Notes under the pieces: model-generated
Seen by the model: the letters and a program-made list of their open reading frames with translations, nothing else
What the model was told of the DNA's origin: nothing
Database searches by the model: none
From: Clostridia bacterium
GTDB taxonomy: Bacteria > Bacillota > Clostridia > RGIG6154
NCBI GenBank assembly: GCA_045648505.1
Contig: JAZROD010000060.1
Span: 45,904 to 109,903, forward strand
Length of the DNA: 64,000 bases
Direction of reading: 5' to 3'
Part shown: positions 9,901-20,768 of the stretch, one piece after another
How positions within the stretch are numbered: position 1 is the first letter of the stretch
Layout of the letters: every line of letters starts with the position of its first letter
Program-made: the position numbers and the translations under genes

Positions 9901-10950
9901 ATGACAAAAATGAACGCATATCTCATTCTTGAAAACGGTAAAGTTTTCAAAGGAAAATCCTTTGGATATGAAAAAGAAACTTCAGGTGAGCTTGTTTTTA
10001 CAACAGGTGCTGTAGGTTACATCGAAACCTTGACAGACCCTGCATTTAAAGGTCAGATTGTTGTGCAGGCTTTTCCTTTAATCGGTAACTACGGTATGAT
10101 TTCTGCAGATGCAGAAAGCGTTAAGGCACAGGTTGCAGGTTATGTTGTTCGTGACCTTTGCGATATGCCTTCAAACTTCCGTATGGAAACAACTCTTGAA
10201 GAATATCTTAAAGAGCAGGAAGTTATGGGTATTACCGACATAGATACAAGAGAGCTTACAAAAATCATCAGAGAAGAAGGTGTTATGAAAGCAAAAATCC
10301 TTCTTGAAGAACCAAAGAATGCTTCTTTCGATTTTGAAATTGAAGACAAGGTTTCTGATGTAAGCTGTGAAGAAGTTATTTCACTTGAAACAAATGATGC
10401 TGAAAAAACAGTTGCAGTGCTGGACCTTGGTATGCTTAAAAGTATGGCAACAACTCTTGCTAGCAAGGGTGTTAAAGTTGATATACTTCCATACAACACA
10501 AAAGCTGAAGACCTTTTGAAGTATGATGGTATCCTTCTTTCAAGCGGTCCTTCAGATCCTAAGTCAAACACAGAGGTTATTGAAACTGTTAAAGCGGTTA
10601 TGGGCAAAAAACCAATCTTTGGTATTGGTCTTGGACATCAGATTTTAGCCCTTGCCAACGGCGGAGATACAGAAAAGTTAAAATATGGTCACAGAGGTGC
10701 AAATCAGCCTGTTAGATATTTAGAAACAGGAAAATGCTTTATCACAAACCAGAATCACGGCTATGTTGTTAAAGAAAATACTGTTAAAGGCGGAAAAACA
10801 TCATTTGTGAATGTTAATGACAATACAGTAGAGGGCATTGAATACGAAAATAATGCATTTTCTGTTCAGTTCTATCCAAATGCTTGCGAAAGCCCTATGG
10901 ATACCTCCTACCTTTACGACAAATTTATTGAAATGATGGAGGGATTCTAA
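9901..10950 (+). CDS. carA: Carbamoyl-phosphate synthase small (glutaminase) subunit
   Basis: GATase-1 active-site region GIGLGHQIL. The stop overlaps the carB start (TAATG). Confidence 0.9.
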   Translation: MTKMNAYLILENGKVFKGKSFGYEKETSGELVFTTGAVGYIETLTDPAFKGQIVVQAFPLIGNYGMISADAESVKAQVAGYVVRDLCDMPSNFRMETTLEEYLKEQEVMGITDIDTRELTKIIREEGVMKAKILLEEPKNASFDFEIEDKVSDVSCEEVISLETNDAEKTVAVLDLGMLKSMATTLASKGVKVDILPYNTKAEDLLKYDGILLSSGPSDPKSNTEVIETVKAVMGKKPIFGIGLGHQILALANGGDTEKLKYGHRGANQPVRYLETGKCFITNQNHGYVVKENTVKGGKTSFVNVNDNTVEGIEYENNAFSVQFYPNACESPMDTSYLYDKFIEMMEGF

Positions 10951-13900
10951 TGCCACTTAATAAAGATATTAAAAAAGTTTTGGTTATCGGCTCAGGTCCT
11001 ATCGTTATCGGACAGGCTGCAGAATTTGACTATGCAGGTGCACAGGCTTGCCGTGTTTTAAGAGATGAAGGTCTTGACATTGTTCTTGTTAACTCAAACC
11101 CTGCCACAATTATGACAGATAAGAAAATGGCAGATGCTATTTATCTTGAGCCATTAACTGCAGAAACAGTTAAAAGAATTATAGAAAAAGAAAAGCCTGA
11201 CAGCATTTTGCCATCACTTGGCGGTCAGACAGGTCTTACAATTGCAATGCAGCTTTCAAAAGAAGGCTACCTTGATAAAATGGGTGTTAAGCTCCTTGGT
11301 ACTAACGAAGAAGCTATCATCAAAGCTGAAGACAGAGAGCTTTTCAAAGCAACAATGGATGCTATCAATCAGCCTTGTATTCCATCTGATATTGCAACAG
11401 ATGTTGAAAGATGTCTTGAAATTGCAGACGAAATCGGATACCCTGTTATCGTTCGTCCTGCTTTCACACTTGGTGGTGCAGGTGGCGGTGTTGCATATAA
11501 CAAAGAAGAATTAAGAACTATTGCTAGTAACGGTCTTCTTCTTTCACCTATCACTCAGGTATTGATTGAAAAATATATCTTTGGTTGGAAAGAAATCGAA
11601 TTTGAAGTTATCAGAGACAGCAAGGGTACTGCAATCACAGTTTGTAGTATGGAAAACGTTGACCCTGTAGGCGTTCACACAGGTGACTCTATCGTTGTTG
11701 CTCCTGCGGTTTCACTTTCAACAAGAGAATACAGTATGTTAAAGAGTGCGGCACTTAATATTATTTCTGCTCTTGAAATCGAAGGTGGATGTAACTGTCA
11801 GTTCGCACTTAACCCTGAAACCTTTGAATATGCAGTTATCGAGGTTAACCCACGAGTTTCCCGTTCATCTGCTTTAGCTTCAAAGGCAACAGGCTTCCCG
11901 ATTGCAAAGGTTTCTTCAAAAATTGCTCTTGGTTATACACTTGACGAAATCAGAAATGATGTTACCGGTATGACTTATGCTTGTTTTGAACCTGCAATTG
12001 ACTATATCGTTGTTAAAATGCCTAAATGGCCATTTGATAAATTTGCTTATGCAAAAAGAACTCTCGGCACACAGATGAAGGCAACCGGTGAAGTTATGTC
12101 TATCGGTCCTACATTTGAAATGGCTATTATGAAAGCTGTTCGTGGTGCAGAAATTAAGATTGACACATTAAATCTTCCTGCTTTCAAAGACCACGAAAAT
12201 ATTGAAGAACAGCTCCATCAGATGGATGACAGAAGACTCTTTGCTATTTTTGAAGCATTAAAGCAGGGCGTTTCAACTGAAAAAATTCACGAAATCACAA
12301 TGGTTGACGAATGGTTTGTTGAAAAGCTCAGAAATCTTGTGAACTTTGAAAAAGAAATAGTTAATAATCTTACAGATGAACTTTACCTTAAAGGTAAAAA
12401 GCTTGGATATACAGATGCGGCTTTAGAGAGAATTTCAGGCGAAAAGGTTAAAGAACATAAACCTTGCGTTTATAAAATGGTTGATACCTGCGCAGGTGAA
12501 TTCAAAGCCCAGACACCATATTTCTACAGCTCACACGACTATAACTGTGAAGCAAGAGAAAGCGCTTCTGAAAAGAAAAAGATTATTGTTCTTGGTTCAG
12601 GTCCTATCAGAATCGGTCAGGGTATTGAGTTTGACTATTCATCAGTACACTGCGTATGGACACTTAAAGAACTTGGATATGAAGTTATTATTATCAACAA
12701 CAACCCTGAAACAGTATCAACAGACTTTGATACTGCAGACAGACTTTATTTTGAGCCTTTAACACCTGAAGATGTTATGAATGTTATCGAAATTGAAAAG
12801 CCTGTTGGAGTTGTAGTTGCATTCGGCGGTCAGACTGCTATTAACTTAACAAAATTCTTATCACAGAATAACATTCCTATTCTTGGTACATCTGCAGAAG
12901 GTATCGACCTTGCTGAAGACAGAGAACAGTTTGATGCTCTTCTTGAAAAGTTTGATATCAAAAGACCAAAGGGTCTTACAGCTATGTCACTTGAAGATGC
13001 GCTTAAATGTGCAAACGAGCTTGGCTACCCTGTACTTTTAAGACCATCTTATGTTATCGGTGGTCAGAATATGACAATCGCTCACAACGATGAAGATGTT
13101 ACAAAGTACATGAATATCATCCTTGGTGGTAAAATTGAAAACGCAGTTTTAATCGACAGATATATGAAGGGTACAGAGCTTGAAGTTGACGTTATTTCAG
13201 ACGGTACAGACGTTTTAATTCCTGGTGTTATGCAGCACGTTGAAAGAGCAGGTATTCATAGTGGTGACTCTATCGCAGTTTACCCACCATACAGCCTTTC
13301 AGACAAGATGCTCAAGACTATTGTTGACAGTTCAACGACTCTTGCACTTTCACTTGGAACAAAAGGTCTTGTAAATATTCAGTACCTTATCTATGATGGT
13401 GAACTTTATGTTATCGAAGTTAACCCAAGAGCTTCAAGAACAATTCCTTACATCAGTAAGGTAACAGGAATTCCAATGGTTGATGTTGCATCAAAGGTTA
13501 TGCTTGGACAGAGCATTAAAGACCTTGGTTATGAACCTGGTCTTTACAAAACACCACCTTGTTTTGCAATTAAAGTTCCGGTATTCTCATTTGAAAAGCT
13601 TTCTGATATCAACTCAAAGCTTGGACCTGAAATGAAATCAACAGGTGAAGTTTTAGGTATCGGTAAAACATTCAATGAAGCTATGTTCAAAGGCTTAACA
13701 TCTGCAGGCTTAACTGTGCAGACTAAAGAACCAAAAGGTGTGTTCATCAGCGTTGACGAGCACGATTATAACGATGTTATCGGTCTTGCTAAAAAGTTTG
13801 ATGATTTACAGATTAAGATTTACTCAACAAAGGGTACTGCAGAAGAAATCGAAAGACTTGGCATTGATGTTACAACATTTGAAGATATTTCAGACCCTGC

Positions 13901-14972
13901 AATCCTTGATTTGATTGACAAGGAAGAAATTGAATATATCATCTATACAGGCGAAGCTAAAGACGATTCACTTGACCATTATATTGCCCTTCACAGAAAG
14001 GCGCTTCTTGCAGGCATTGTTTGTATGACATCTATTGACACAGCAAACGCTCTTGCAGATATTATTGCAAGCCGTTTCAACCAGTCAAACACAGAGCTTG
14101 TTGATATAAACAAGATGAGAACAAAGAGACAGACTTTAGAGTTTGCAAAAATGGCTTGTTCAGGTAACGACTTTATCTTCATTGATAACAGAAACGGTGA
14201 AATCACAAGCCCTGAATCACTTTGTATTCAGCTTTGTGACAGACACTACGGTGTTGGTGGTTATGGTATCATCCTTATTGAAAATTCAAGCGTTGCAGAT
14301 GCAAAAATGAGAATTTTCAACAGAGACGGTTCTGAAGGAAGAATGGCAGGTAACGCCATTATGTGCGTAGGTAAGTATCTCTACGATAACGGTATCGTTA
14401 ATAAGATTGATATTACTATCGAAACCGGTGCAGGTATTAAAGAACTTCACCTCCACCTTCGTGATGAAAAGGTTTCATCAGTAAGAGTTAATATGGGCAA
14501 GGTTTCTCTTGATGCGAAAGACCTTCCTGTAGAGCTTGGGAAGGATCAGGTTATAAACGAAAAAGCAAAAATCGGCAACGAAGAATACGAAATTACTTGC
14601 GTATCTGTAGGTAACCCACATTGCGTAGTATTTGATGATTATATCGGCAGACTTGACCTTAAGAAAATCGGACCTGTTTTTGAACACGCTCCTATTTTCC
14701 CTGACAGAGTTAACACAGAATTCGTAAGATTTGTTAATAAGAGAACTCTTAAAGTTCGTGTATGGGAAAGAGGTATCGGCGAAACAATGGCTTGTGGTAC
14801 AGGTGCTTGTGCATCAGTTGTTGCTGCAGTTCTTAAAGGCTATTGCAAACAAGACCGTGATATCCGTGTTAAATTAAAAGGCGGAGACCTTATTGTAAAT
14901 TATGCTGCAGATGGCACAGTTTACTTAACAGGTAATGCTGACCTTATATATGAAGGTAAACTTTCATATTGA
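10950..14972 (+). CDS. carB: Carbamoyl-phosphate synthase large subunit fused in-frame to a C-terminal diaminopimelate epimerase (DapF) domain
   Basis: Residues 1-~1055 are CarB, with two ATP-grasp halves and an MGS-like end. Residues from MRTKRQTLEFAKMACSGNDFIFID (ATG at 14115) to the end carry DapF signatures (GNDF, GNPHCVVF, ERGIGETMACGTGACA). No stop codon separates the two parts. Confidence 0.8.
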   Translation: MPLNKDIKKVLVIGSGPIVIGQAAEFDYAGAQACRVLRDEGLDIVLVNSNPATIMTDKKMADAIYLEPLTAETVKRIIEKEKPDSILPSLGGQTGLTIAMQLSKEGYLDKMGVKLLGTNEEAIIKAEDRELFKATMDAINQPCIPSDIATDVERCLEIADEIGYPVIVRPAFTLGGAGGGVAYNKEELRTIASNGLLLSPITQVLIEKYIFGWKEIEFEVIRDSKGTAITVCSMENVDPVGVHTGDSIVVAPAVSLSTREYSMLKSAALNIISALEIEGGCNCQFALNPETFEYAVIEVNPRVSRSSALASKATGFPIAKVSSKIALGYTLDEIRNDVTGMTYACFEPAIDYIVVKMPKWPFDKFAYAKRTLGTQMKATGEVMSIGPTFEMAIMKAVRGAEIKIDTLNLPAFKDHENIEEQLHQMDDRRLFAIFEALKQGVSTEKIHEITMVDEWFVEKLRNLVNFEKEIVNNLTDELYLKGKKLGYTDAALERISGEKVKEHKPCVYKMVDTCAGEFKAQTPYFYSSHDYNCEARESASEKKKIIVLGSGPIRIGQGIEFDYSSVHCVWTLKELGYEVIIINNNPETVSTDFDTADRLYFEPLTPEDVMNVIEIEKPVGVVVAFGGQTAINLTKFLSQNNIPILGTSAEGIDLAEDREQFDALLEKFDIKRPKGLTAMSLEDALKCANELGYPVLLRPSYVIGGQNMTIAHNDEDVTKYMNIILGGKIENAVLIDRYMKGTELEVDVISDGTDVLIPGVMQHVERAGIHSGDSIAVYPPYSLSDKMLKTIVDSSTTLALSLGTKGLVNIQYLIYDGELYVIEVNPRASRTIPYISKVTGIPMVDVASKVMLGQSIKDLGYEPGLYKTPPCFAIKVPVFSFEKLSDINSKLGPEMKSTGEVLGIGKTFNEAMFKGLTSAGLTVQTKEPKGVFISVDEHDYNDVIGLAKKFDDLQIKIYSTKGTAEEIERLGIDVTTFEDISDPAILDLIDKEEIEYIIYTGEAKDDSLDHYIALHRKALLAGIVCMTSIDTANALADIIASRFNQSNTELVDINKMRTKRQTLEFAKMACSGNDFIFIDNRNGEITSPESLCIQLCDRHYGVGGYGIILIENSSVADAKMRIFNRDGSEGRMAGNAIMCVGKYLYDNGIVNKIDITIETGAGIKELHLHLRDEKVSSVRVNMGKVSLDAKDLPVELGKDQVINEKAKIGNEEYEITCVSVGNPHCVVFDDYIGRLDLKKIGPVFEHAPIFPDRVNTEFVRFVNKRTLKVRVWERGIGETMACGTGACASVVAAVLKGYCKQDRDIRVKLKGGDLIVNYAADGTVYLTGNADLIYEGKLSY

Positions 14973-14976
14973 TAAT

Positions 14977-15008
14977 AAAAAACTTGTGATTATTTCACAA
15001 GTTTTTTT
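14977..15008 (+). terminator. rho-independent terminator
   Basis: aacttgtga-ttatt-tcacaagtt followed by a T-run. Confidence 0.7.
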
Positions 15009-15111
15009 GTTATAACACAATAAAGATATCTCTAGAAAAAGCTTGTTTTTATTGATATTCGGCAGAATTTATGCTATAATATTACTATAGAAAAAGTAAC
15101 GGAGGCTTATT

Positions 15112-15723
15112 ATGGCTTTAGAAAATAAACTTAATATAACAGATTCTGCACAACTTGCTTATGAGGAAGAAAGAATCAGTAAGAAAAAAGCTGTTGAGTT
15201 GTACGACAATGGGTTGTTTGACGGACTTGAAGCAGGACAATTTTCAGTGCTTAGATTTATACACAAATATTTGTTTGAAGAGCTCTATGATTTCGCAGGA
15301 GTGGTAAGAGATGTAAATATTGCAAAAGGAAATTTCCGTTTTGCGCCTGTGATGTATCTGGATAGTGCATTAGAACATATCAGCAATATGCCACAGACAA
15401 ACTTTGAAGAGATTATTGAAAAATATGTTGAAATGAACATTGCTCACCCATTCAGAGAAGGAAATGGAAGAGCTACAAGAATATGGCTTGACCTTATATT
15501 CAAGGAAGAGCTTGGAAGGGTTGTGGACTGGAGCAAAGTAGATAAAGAGGATTATCTGCTTGCTATGGAACGCAGTCCTATAAAAGATATTGAAATCAAG
15601 CATATACTAAAAAATGCTTTAACTGATAAAATTTATGACAGAGAGCTTTATATGAAAGGTATTGACAATAGTTATCACTATGAAGGTTATAAGGCGTTCA
15701 AAACAGAAAACCTTGTGAAATAA
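15112..15723 (+). CDS. fic: Fic/DOC family protein (putative AMPylase)
   Basis: Fic motif HPFREGNGRATR. A TTGATA-17-TATAAT promoter lies at ~15053-15081. Confidence 0.85.
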   Translation: MALENKLNITDSAQLAYEEERISKKKAVELYDNGLFDGLEAGQFSVLRFIHKYLFEELYDFAGVVRDVNIAKGNFRFAPVMYLDSALEHISNMPQTNFEEIIEKYVEMNIAHPFREGNGRATRIWLDLIFKEELGRVVDWSKVDKEDYLLAMERSPIKDIEIKHILKNALTDKIYDRELYMKGIDNSYHYEGYKAFKTENLVK

Positions 15724-15737
15724 TTCACAAGGTTTTT
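15711..15737. terminator. bidirectional rho-independent terminator (overlaps the fic stop)
   Basis: ccttgtgaa-ataa-ttcacaagg followed by a T-run. The stem is nearly identical to the terminator at 14977. Confidence 0.6.
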
Positions 15738-15738
15738 A

Positions 15739-16530
15739 TTATACATTAGTATTACTTAAAAATTCTTTTAATCTTTCGCTTTTTGGATTTGAGAACAGTT
15801 CTTCAGGTGCGCCTTCTTCGGCAATAACACCGCTGTCCATAAAGACAACTCTGTCTGAAACATTTTTTGCAAAGTTCATTTCGTGAGTAACGATTATCAT
15901 TGTCATATTTGTATCTGCAAGAGATTTGATAATGTTTAAAACTTCGTTTGTAAGTTCAGGGTCAAGAGCTGATGTTGGTTCATCAAAGAGCATAATTTCA
16001 GGATTAAGAGCCAATGCTCTTACGATTGCAACTCTCTGTTGCTGACCGCCTGAAAGCTCGCAGGGATAATTGTTTATTTTATCAGAAAGCCCTGCTTTTT
16101 CAAGAAGCTTTAATGCATTTTCTTCAATTTCTTTTAAAATTGCCTTTTTATTTGTTTTATAATCAGGTCTTTCTTTAGCAAGAAGCGTTGGTGCTAATGT
16201 TACATTTTCAAGAACATTATACTGGGGAAAAAGGTTGAACTGCTGAAAAACAAAACCAAAATTCAGCTGGTTTTTACGAAGCTCTGCAGGGGACATTGTG
16301 TGTTGATTTTCACCGTTGAAAATTTCGTTCCCGTTTAAAAGAATTTGTCCCTTGTCTGCTTTTTCAAGAAAGTTTATACATCTTAAAAAGGTTGTTTTTC
16401 CGCTTCCGGATGAGCCGATAATGGAAACAACTTCACCCTTTTCCATAGAAAAGCTTATGTCTTTTAAAACTTCGGTTTTGCCGAAGCTTTTTTTAAGATT
16501 GTTTATTTCAAGTATCGCCATTTTACTCAC
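15739..16530 (-). CDS. Polar amino-acid ABC transporter ATP-binding protein
   Basis: Walker [13 protein letters not shown] signature [15 protein letters not shown], Walker [13 protein letters not shown]. Confidence 0.9.
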   Translation of the reverse strand: MSKMAILEINNLKKSFGKTEVLKDISFSMEKGEVVSIIGSSGSGKTTFLRCINFLEKADKGQILLNGNEIFNGENQHTMSPAELRKNQLNFGFVFQQFNLFPQYNVLENVTLAPTLLAKERPDYKTNKKAILKEIEENALKLLEKAGLSDKINNYPCELSGGQQQRVAIVRALALNPEIMLFDEPTSALDPELTNEVLNIIKSLADTNMTMIIVTHEMNFAKNVSDRVVFMDSGVIAEEGAPEELFSNPKSERLKEFLSNTNV

Positions 16531-17174
16531 CCCTTATAATAATTAAGCTTTTTCTCTATCTTACCTGCAAGAATTGTAAGAAGTCCGCAGAAGATGAGAT
16601 AGAAAATTCCTGAATAGAATAATGGCCATATAAGTGCTTTTGATGTTATGTAGTTCTGTGCAACTCTTGTGATTTCAACAACAGAGATAATTCTTGCAAG
16701 GGAAGTATCTTTAACAAGAGTAATAATTTCATTGAACATAGGTGGAACAATTCTTTTTATTACCTGGAAAAGAACAACCTTGAAGAAAACCTGTGAGCTT
16801 GTCATACCAAGAACCTGACCTGCTTCGTACTGACCTTTTGGGATGCTTTCAATACCACCTCTGAAGATTTCAGAAAAATATGCGGCATAGTTTATAACGA
16901 AAGCAATAAGAGCGGCATTGAGTCTTGAAAGACTTTCACCGTTCCACAAAAGTCCCGGTCCGAAGAAAACAAGCATAATCTGGAGCATAAGGGGAGTTCC
17001 TCTTATAATCCAGATAAATGTCTTAACGAGCCATTTGATAGGAGCTATCTTACTCATTGAGCCAAATGAAAGAATAAGTCCCAACGGAAGTGCGGCAATA
17101 AGTGTTACCGCAAAAATTATAAGGTTGAACCTGAAGCCCTCAAAAAGGCCCATTGTTACTGTAATTAAATCCAT
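16527..17174 (-). CDS. Polar amino-acid ABC transporter permease (His/Glu/Gln/Arg/opine family)
   Basis: Multi-TM protein with the EAA-like loop of the HisM/GlnP family. Probable start is MDLITV, with RBS gaaaggtg 4 nt upstream. The stop overlaps the start of the ATPase gene. Confidence 0.8.
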   Translation of the reverse strand: MDLITVTMGLFEGFRFNLIIFAVTLIAALPLGLILSFGSMSKIAPIKWLVKTFIWIIRGTPLMLQIMLVFFGPGLLWNGESLSRLNAALIAFVINYAAYFSEIFRGGIESIPKGQYEAGQVLGMTSSQVFFKVVLFQVIKRIVPPMFNEIITLVKDTSLARIISVVEITRVAQNYITSKALIWPLFYSGIFYLIFCGLLTILAGKIEKKLNYYKG

Positions 17175-17244
17175 AAAACACCTTTCGTAAACACACAAAA
17201 ACTAAGGCCTTTGAGCCTTAGTTTTATGTATGATTTGATTTAAA

Positions 17245-18048
17245 TTATTTGCAAACGTTAACCTGGTATTTAGCACCGAGTGCTTCGATTGTACCATCTG
17301 CAATAAGTTCGTCAAAGATTTTGTCAACTTCAGCAGCTGTGTCGCCGTCTTTTCTGAAGCCTACGCCGTAGAATTCAACAGAAAGGTCAAGACCTTCAAC
17401 GAGCTGGAGGTCTGCATAACCAGTGCCTTCGCCAATCATAGCGTTTGCAAGTGTTACGTCAAGAACTGCAGCATCTGCTGTGCCTGCTTTAACTTCCATA
17501 AGAGCATCTGTCTGTTTTGCAACTGCTGTGTATGTAGCTTTTGCAAGGTTTTCGTCATCAGCGATTGCAGATTCACCTGCTGAAGAAATTTCAGCAACTA
17601 ATTTTGCGTCTGCAAGTGATGCAGCATCTGTGTATTTTTCTGCGTCAGCTTTTTTGATAACTACAACCTGTTTGTTTTCAATGTAAGGTTTTGTGAAAGA
17701 AATGTTTTCTTTTCTTTCTTCTGTAATTGTGAAGCCGTTCCAGATACAGTCAATGTTTTTAGAATTAAGTTCGATTTCTTTTGCATCCCAGTCGATTTCA
17801 ACGAATTCAGGTGTTACACCTAATTTTTCACAAACTGCAATAGCGAGTTCTGTGTCAAAACCTGTGAAATTGCCGGCATCGTCTGTGTAGTTCATTGGAG
17901 CATAAACTGTGTAACCGATAACCATTTTGCCATTTTCTTTAATGTAAGCAAGATCTGATTCTGCTTTTTCTCCGCCGCAAGCTGCTAATGTGAATACCAT
18001 CATTACAGCAAGCATTAAACATAATAATTTTTTCATAATTTTTACCAT
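17245..18048 (-). CDS. Amino-acid ABC transporter substrate-binding lipoprotein
   Basis: Signal peptide plus lipobox LAACGG. SBP_bac_3-type periplasmic binding fold. Confidence 0.85.
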   Translation of the reverse strand: MVKIMKKLLCLMLAVMMVFTLAACGGEKAESDLAYIKENGKMVIGYTVYAPMNYTDDAGNFTGFDTELAIAVCEKLGVTPEFVEIDWDAKEIELNSKNIDCIWNGFTITEERKENISFTKPYIENKQVVVIKKADAEKYTDAASLADAKLVAEISSAGESAIADDENLAKATYTAVAKQTDALMEVKAGTADAAVLDVTLANAMIGEGTGYADLQLVEGLDLSVEFYGVGFRKDGDTAAEVDKIFDELIADGTIEALGAKYQVNVCK

Positions 18049-18216
18049 TCCTTTTCCTTTATTTTTTTAAGAACGGTATGATTATATCACAATAATTTAC
18101 TAATGTAAAGTACTAAAATGCAAAAATTGTACTTTTTTCAAAGAAAAAGTATCTTTTTGTTAATTCAATTTAAAAATAGTATATGTTATTATTTTTATGA
18201 AAGGTATGGTGTTACT

Positions 18217-19536
18217 ATGAAAAAATTAACAGCAATTGTAATCGGTGCCGGTGGAAGAGGCAGAATTTACACAAGAATTATGAAAGAGCTTGAAGGCAAA
18301 TTTGAGCTTGTTGGTGTTGCTGAACCAATTCAGCAGAGTGTAAACTATGAACTTGAACAGTTCCCAGATGTACCGAAGGAAAATATATATGATACATGGG
18401 AAAAGATTTTAGACAGACCAAAATTTGCAGACTTTGCAATTATTGCAACTCAGGACCATATGCATACTGAACCTGCATTAAAGGCAATCGAGCTTGGTTA
18501 TGACATTTTAATTGAAAAACCTATTGCTCCAACTGCGGAAGAATGTAAAAAGATTGCAGTGGCAGCAAAAGAAAAGGGCGTTAAGGTTCTTGTTTGCCAT
18601 GTTTTAAGATATGCTCCTAAATTTATGATACTTAAAGAAATAATTGAATCAGGCAAAATCGGTGAGGTTATGTCTATTCAGGCTTTAGAATCTGTTGGTA
18701 ACAGACATATGGCACACAGTTTTGTAAGAGGCGCTTGGGGAAACAGTGACACAAGCTGTCCTATGATTCTTGCAAAATGCTGCCACGATACAGATATTAT
18801 TCAGTGGCTTATGGGTAAGAAATGCACAAGAGTACATTCATTTGGCAAACTTTCTTTCTTTAATAAAGAGCATCAGCCTGAAGGTGCACCTTCAAGATGT
18901 ACTGAAGACTGCCCACACAGAGAAGAATGTATTTACGATGTTAAAAAGATGTATATAGAAAATCAGTATATGGGAAGCGCCTGGTTTAAAGATGCTGCTG
19001 CAGGTTTCCCTAATGCAACTGATGAACAGGTTTGGGAAGCAATTCAGAATAATAATTATGGAACCTGTATTTTTGAAGCAAACAACAATGTTGTTGACCA
19101 TCAGGTTGTTAATATGGAATTTGAAGGCGGAAGCACTGCAACTTTAACAATGACAGCCTTTACAGGTGATGCATCAGGCAGATGTATGAAAATCTTTGGT
19201 ACAAAGGGTACTCTTGAAATAAGAGGCGATGCTAAATTTATATACTACACAAAATTCGGTCAGAGAATCGAAGGTCAGTGGGGCGACAGAGTTTCTGAAG
19301 AAATTGATATCGCAAGAGCAGAAGATGCAAACGGCATCGGTCTTCAGTCAGGACACGGCGGCGGAGATGCAGGTCTTATGCAGTCCCTTTACGAATATTT
19401 CACAGACACATACACAGGCAATGCTGCATCAACTGCAGAGGTTTCATACCTTAACCACCTTATAAGCTTCGGTGCAGAAGAGGCAAGAGTTACAGGTACA
19501 GTTGTTGATATTGCAAAATATTCAGACAGTTTATAA
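18217..19536 (+). CDS. Gfo/Idh/MocA-family NAD(P)-dependent oxidoreductase with a Cys-rich C-terminal domain (paralog 1)
   Basis: N-terminal Rossmann motif IVIGAGGRG and the EKP motif. Cys cluster CPMILAKCCHDTD ... SRCTEDCPHREEC. The start is taken at MKKLTAIV (18217); the longer listed ORF has a non-conserved N-terminal extension. Confidence 0.75.
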   Translation: MKKLTAIVIGAGGRGRIYTRIMKELEGKFELVGVAEPIQQSVNYELEQFPDVPKENIYDTWEKILDRPKFADFAIIATQDHMHTEPALKAIELGYDILIEKPIAPTAEECKKIAVAAKEKGVKVLVCHVLRYAPKFMILKEIIESGKIGEVMSIQALESVGNRHMAHSFVRGAWGNSDTSCPMILAKCCHDTDIIQWLMGKKCTRVHSFGKLSFFNKEHQPEGAPSRCTEDCPHREECIYDVKKMYIENQYMGSAWFKDAAAGFPNATDEQVWEAIQNNNYGTCIFEANNNVVDHQVVNMEFEGGSTATLTMTAFTGDASGRCMKIFGTKGTLEIRGDAKFIYYTKFGQRIEGQWGDRVSEEIDIARAEDANGIGLQSGHGGGDAGLMQSLYEYFTDTYTGNAASTAEVSYLNHLISFGAEEARVTGTVVDIAKYSDSL

Positions 19537-19831
19537 AACATAGAGTGAAGCTTTCTTAAAGCAGATGCAAAGGTTATCATTGCTGAATATGATGATGAAG
19601 AAGAAACAATCTTCAACAAAGTAACAATTCTTCCTGTAACATTCAGAGCAGCTGACAACTGTTATGAAGCAGACTTTGAAGCAACAGGAAACAAAGTAAA
19701 AGTATTCGTATGGAAAGATATGATTAACTTCTTCCCGTATCACTAATTACAACTTGAGGCGAGCAGATTTGCTTGCCTCATTTGATTTTTAAACAGAAAT
19801 GATGTATAATAAGGAAAAAAAGGAGGAAGCT

Positions 19832-20680
19832 ATGGACAAATTTAATGTTTTATCAGTTAATGCAGTAGTTGACAGATTCTTCGACGAAAAATCAACTCAT
19901 CATATTTATTCAGGTATAAAAAAAGAAAAAGATGCTTTCTTCTATCCCGGTGAAATTCACAACAGATGGGAATTTGTCTATGTGGAAAAAGGAAAGGTTA
20001 CCGTTGCGGAAAATGAGAAGATCTATGAGCTTTCAGAAGGTCAGGCAATTTTTCACGCACCAATGGAATTTCACAGATACTGGGTTAAAACCGAAAATTT
20101 GCCCACAAGGTTAAGGATTGCATCGTTTGAGATTGATACAACCATTGAACATACTCTTTCAAAAGGTGTGTTTACCTTCGCCATTAACGAAAAAGAAGAA
20201 TTTGCAGAAATAATTCAGGCACTTACTGAAAAATCTTCACTTGGCTACTGGTCAGAAAACATAACTGCCACTCCTGCTGAAAATCTGTTTGCAATCAAAG
20301 CTTTTGAAAAATTTCTTTTAGGGCTTATTGCAGAAAATTCTCCTGACAAAACCCAGGATTATTCAACAGGTGCAAGAAGGTATAAGGAAATAATCAAAAC
20401 CCTTAAAGAGCATCTTGATGAAAATCTTTCACTAGAAGATGTATCAAAACTTTGTCATTTAAGCATAAGCTACATAAAAAAACTGTTTTCATTTTATGCC
20501 GGTTGCGGTGTTATGCAGTATTTTATTAAGCTTAAAGTTTTAAAAGCCATTAAATATCTCGAAGAAGGATACAACGTTGGTGAAATATCCGATATGCTTG
20601 GTTTTTCAAGCCCAAGCTATTTCTCGGTTGTGTTTAAAAAAGAAACAGGACATGCGCCCGGCTTTTATAAATCGAAATAA
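19832..20680 (+). CDS. AraC-family transcriptional regulator (cupin sensor plus HTH)
   Basis: C-terminal AraC HTH (LSLEDVSKLCHLSISYIKKLF ... YFSVVFKKETG). AGGAGG RBS 7 nt before the ATG at 19832. Confidence 0.8.
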   Translation: MDKFNVLSVNAVVDRFFDEKSTHHIYSGIKKEKDAFFYPGEIHNRWEFVYVEKGKVTVAENEKIYELSEGQAIFHAPMEFHRYWVKTENLPTRLRIASFEIDTTIEHTLSKGVFTFAINEKEEFAEIIQALTEKSSLGYWSENITATPAENLFAIKAFEKFLLGLIAENSPDKTQDYSTGARRYKEIIKTLKEHLDENLSLEDVSKLCHLSISYIKKLFSFYAGCGVMQYFIKLKVLKAIKYLEEGYNVGEISDMLGFSSPSYFSVVFKKETGHAPGFYKSK

Positions 20681-20768
20681 CTGATTTTGTATTAAAAATA
20701 TCGAATTATATATTGTAAATATAAAAATTATGTGATATATTACACAAAAAGACATGGAGGTCAACAAA

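Noticed and set aside
14101-14117. TAA at 14107-14109 as the carB stop, which would make dapF a separate gene
   Set aside because: That TAA is in the +1 frame relative to carB as given. In the sequence as provided the reading frame is continuous, so a fusion is reported and a possible frameshift error is flagged rather than two genes being called.
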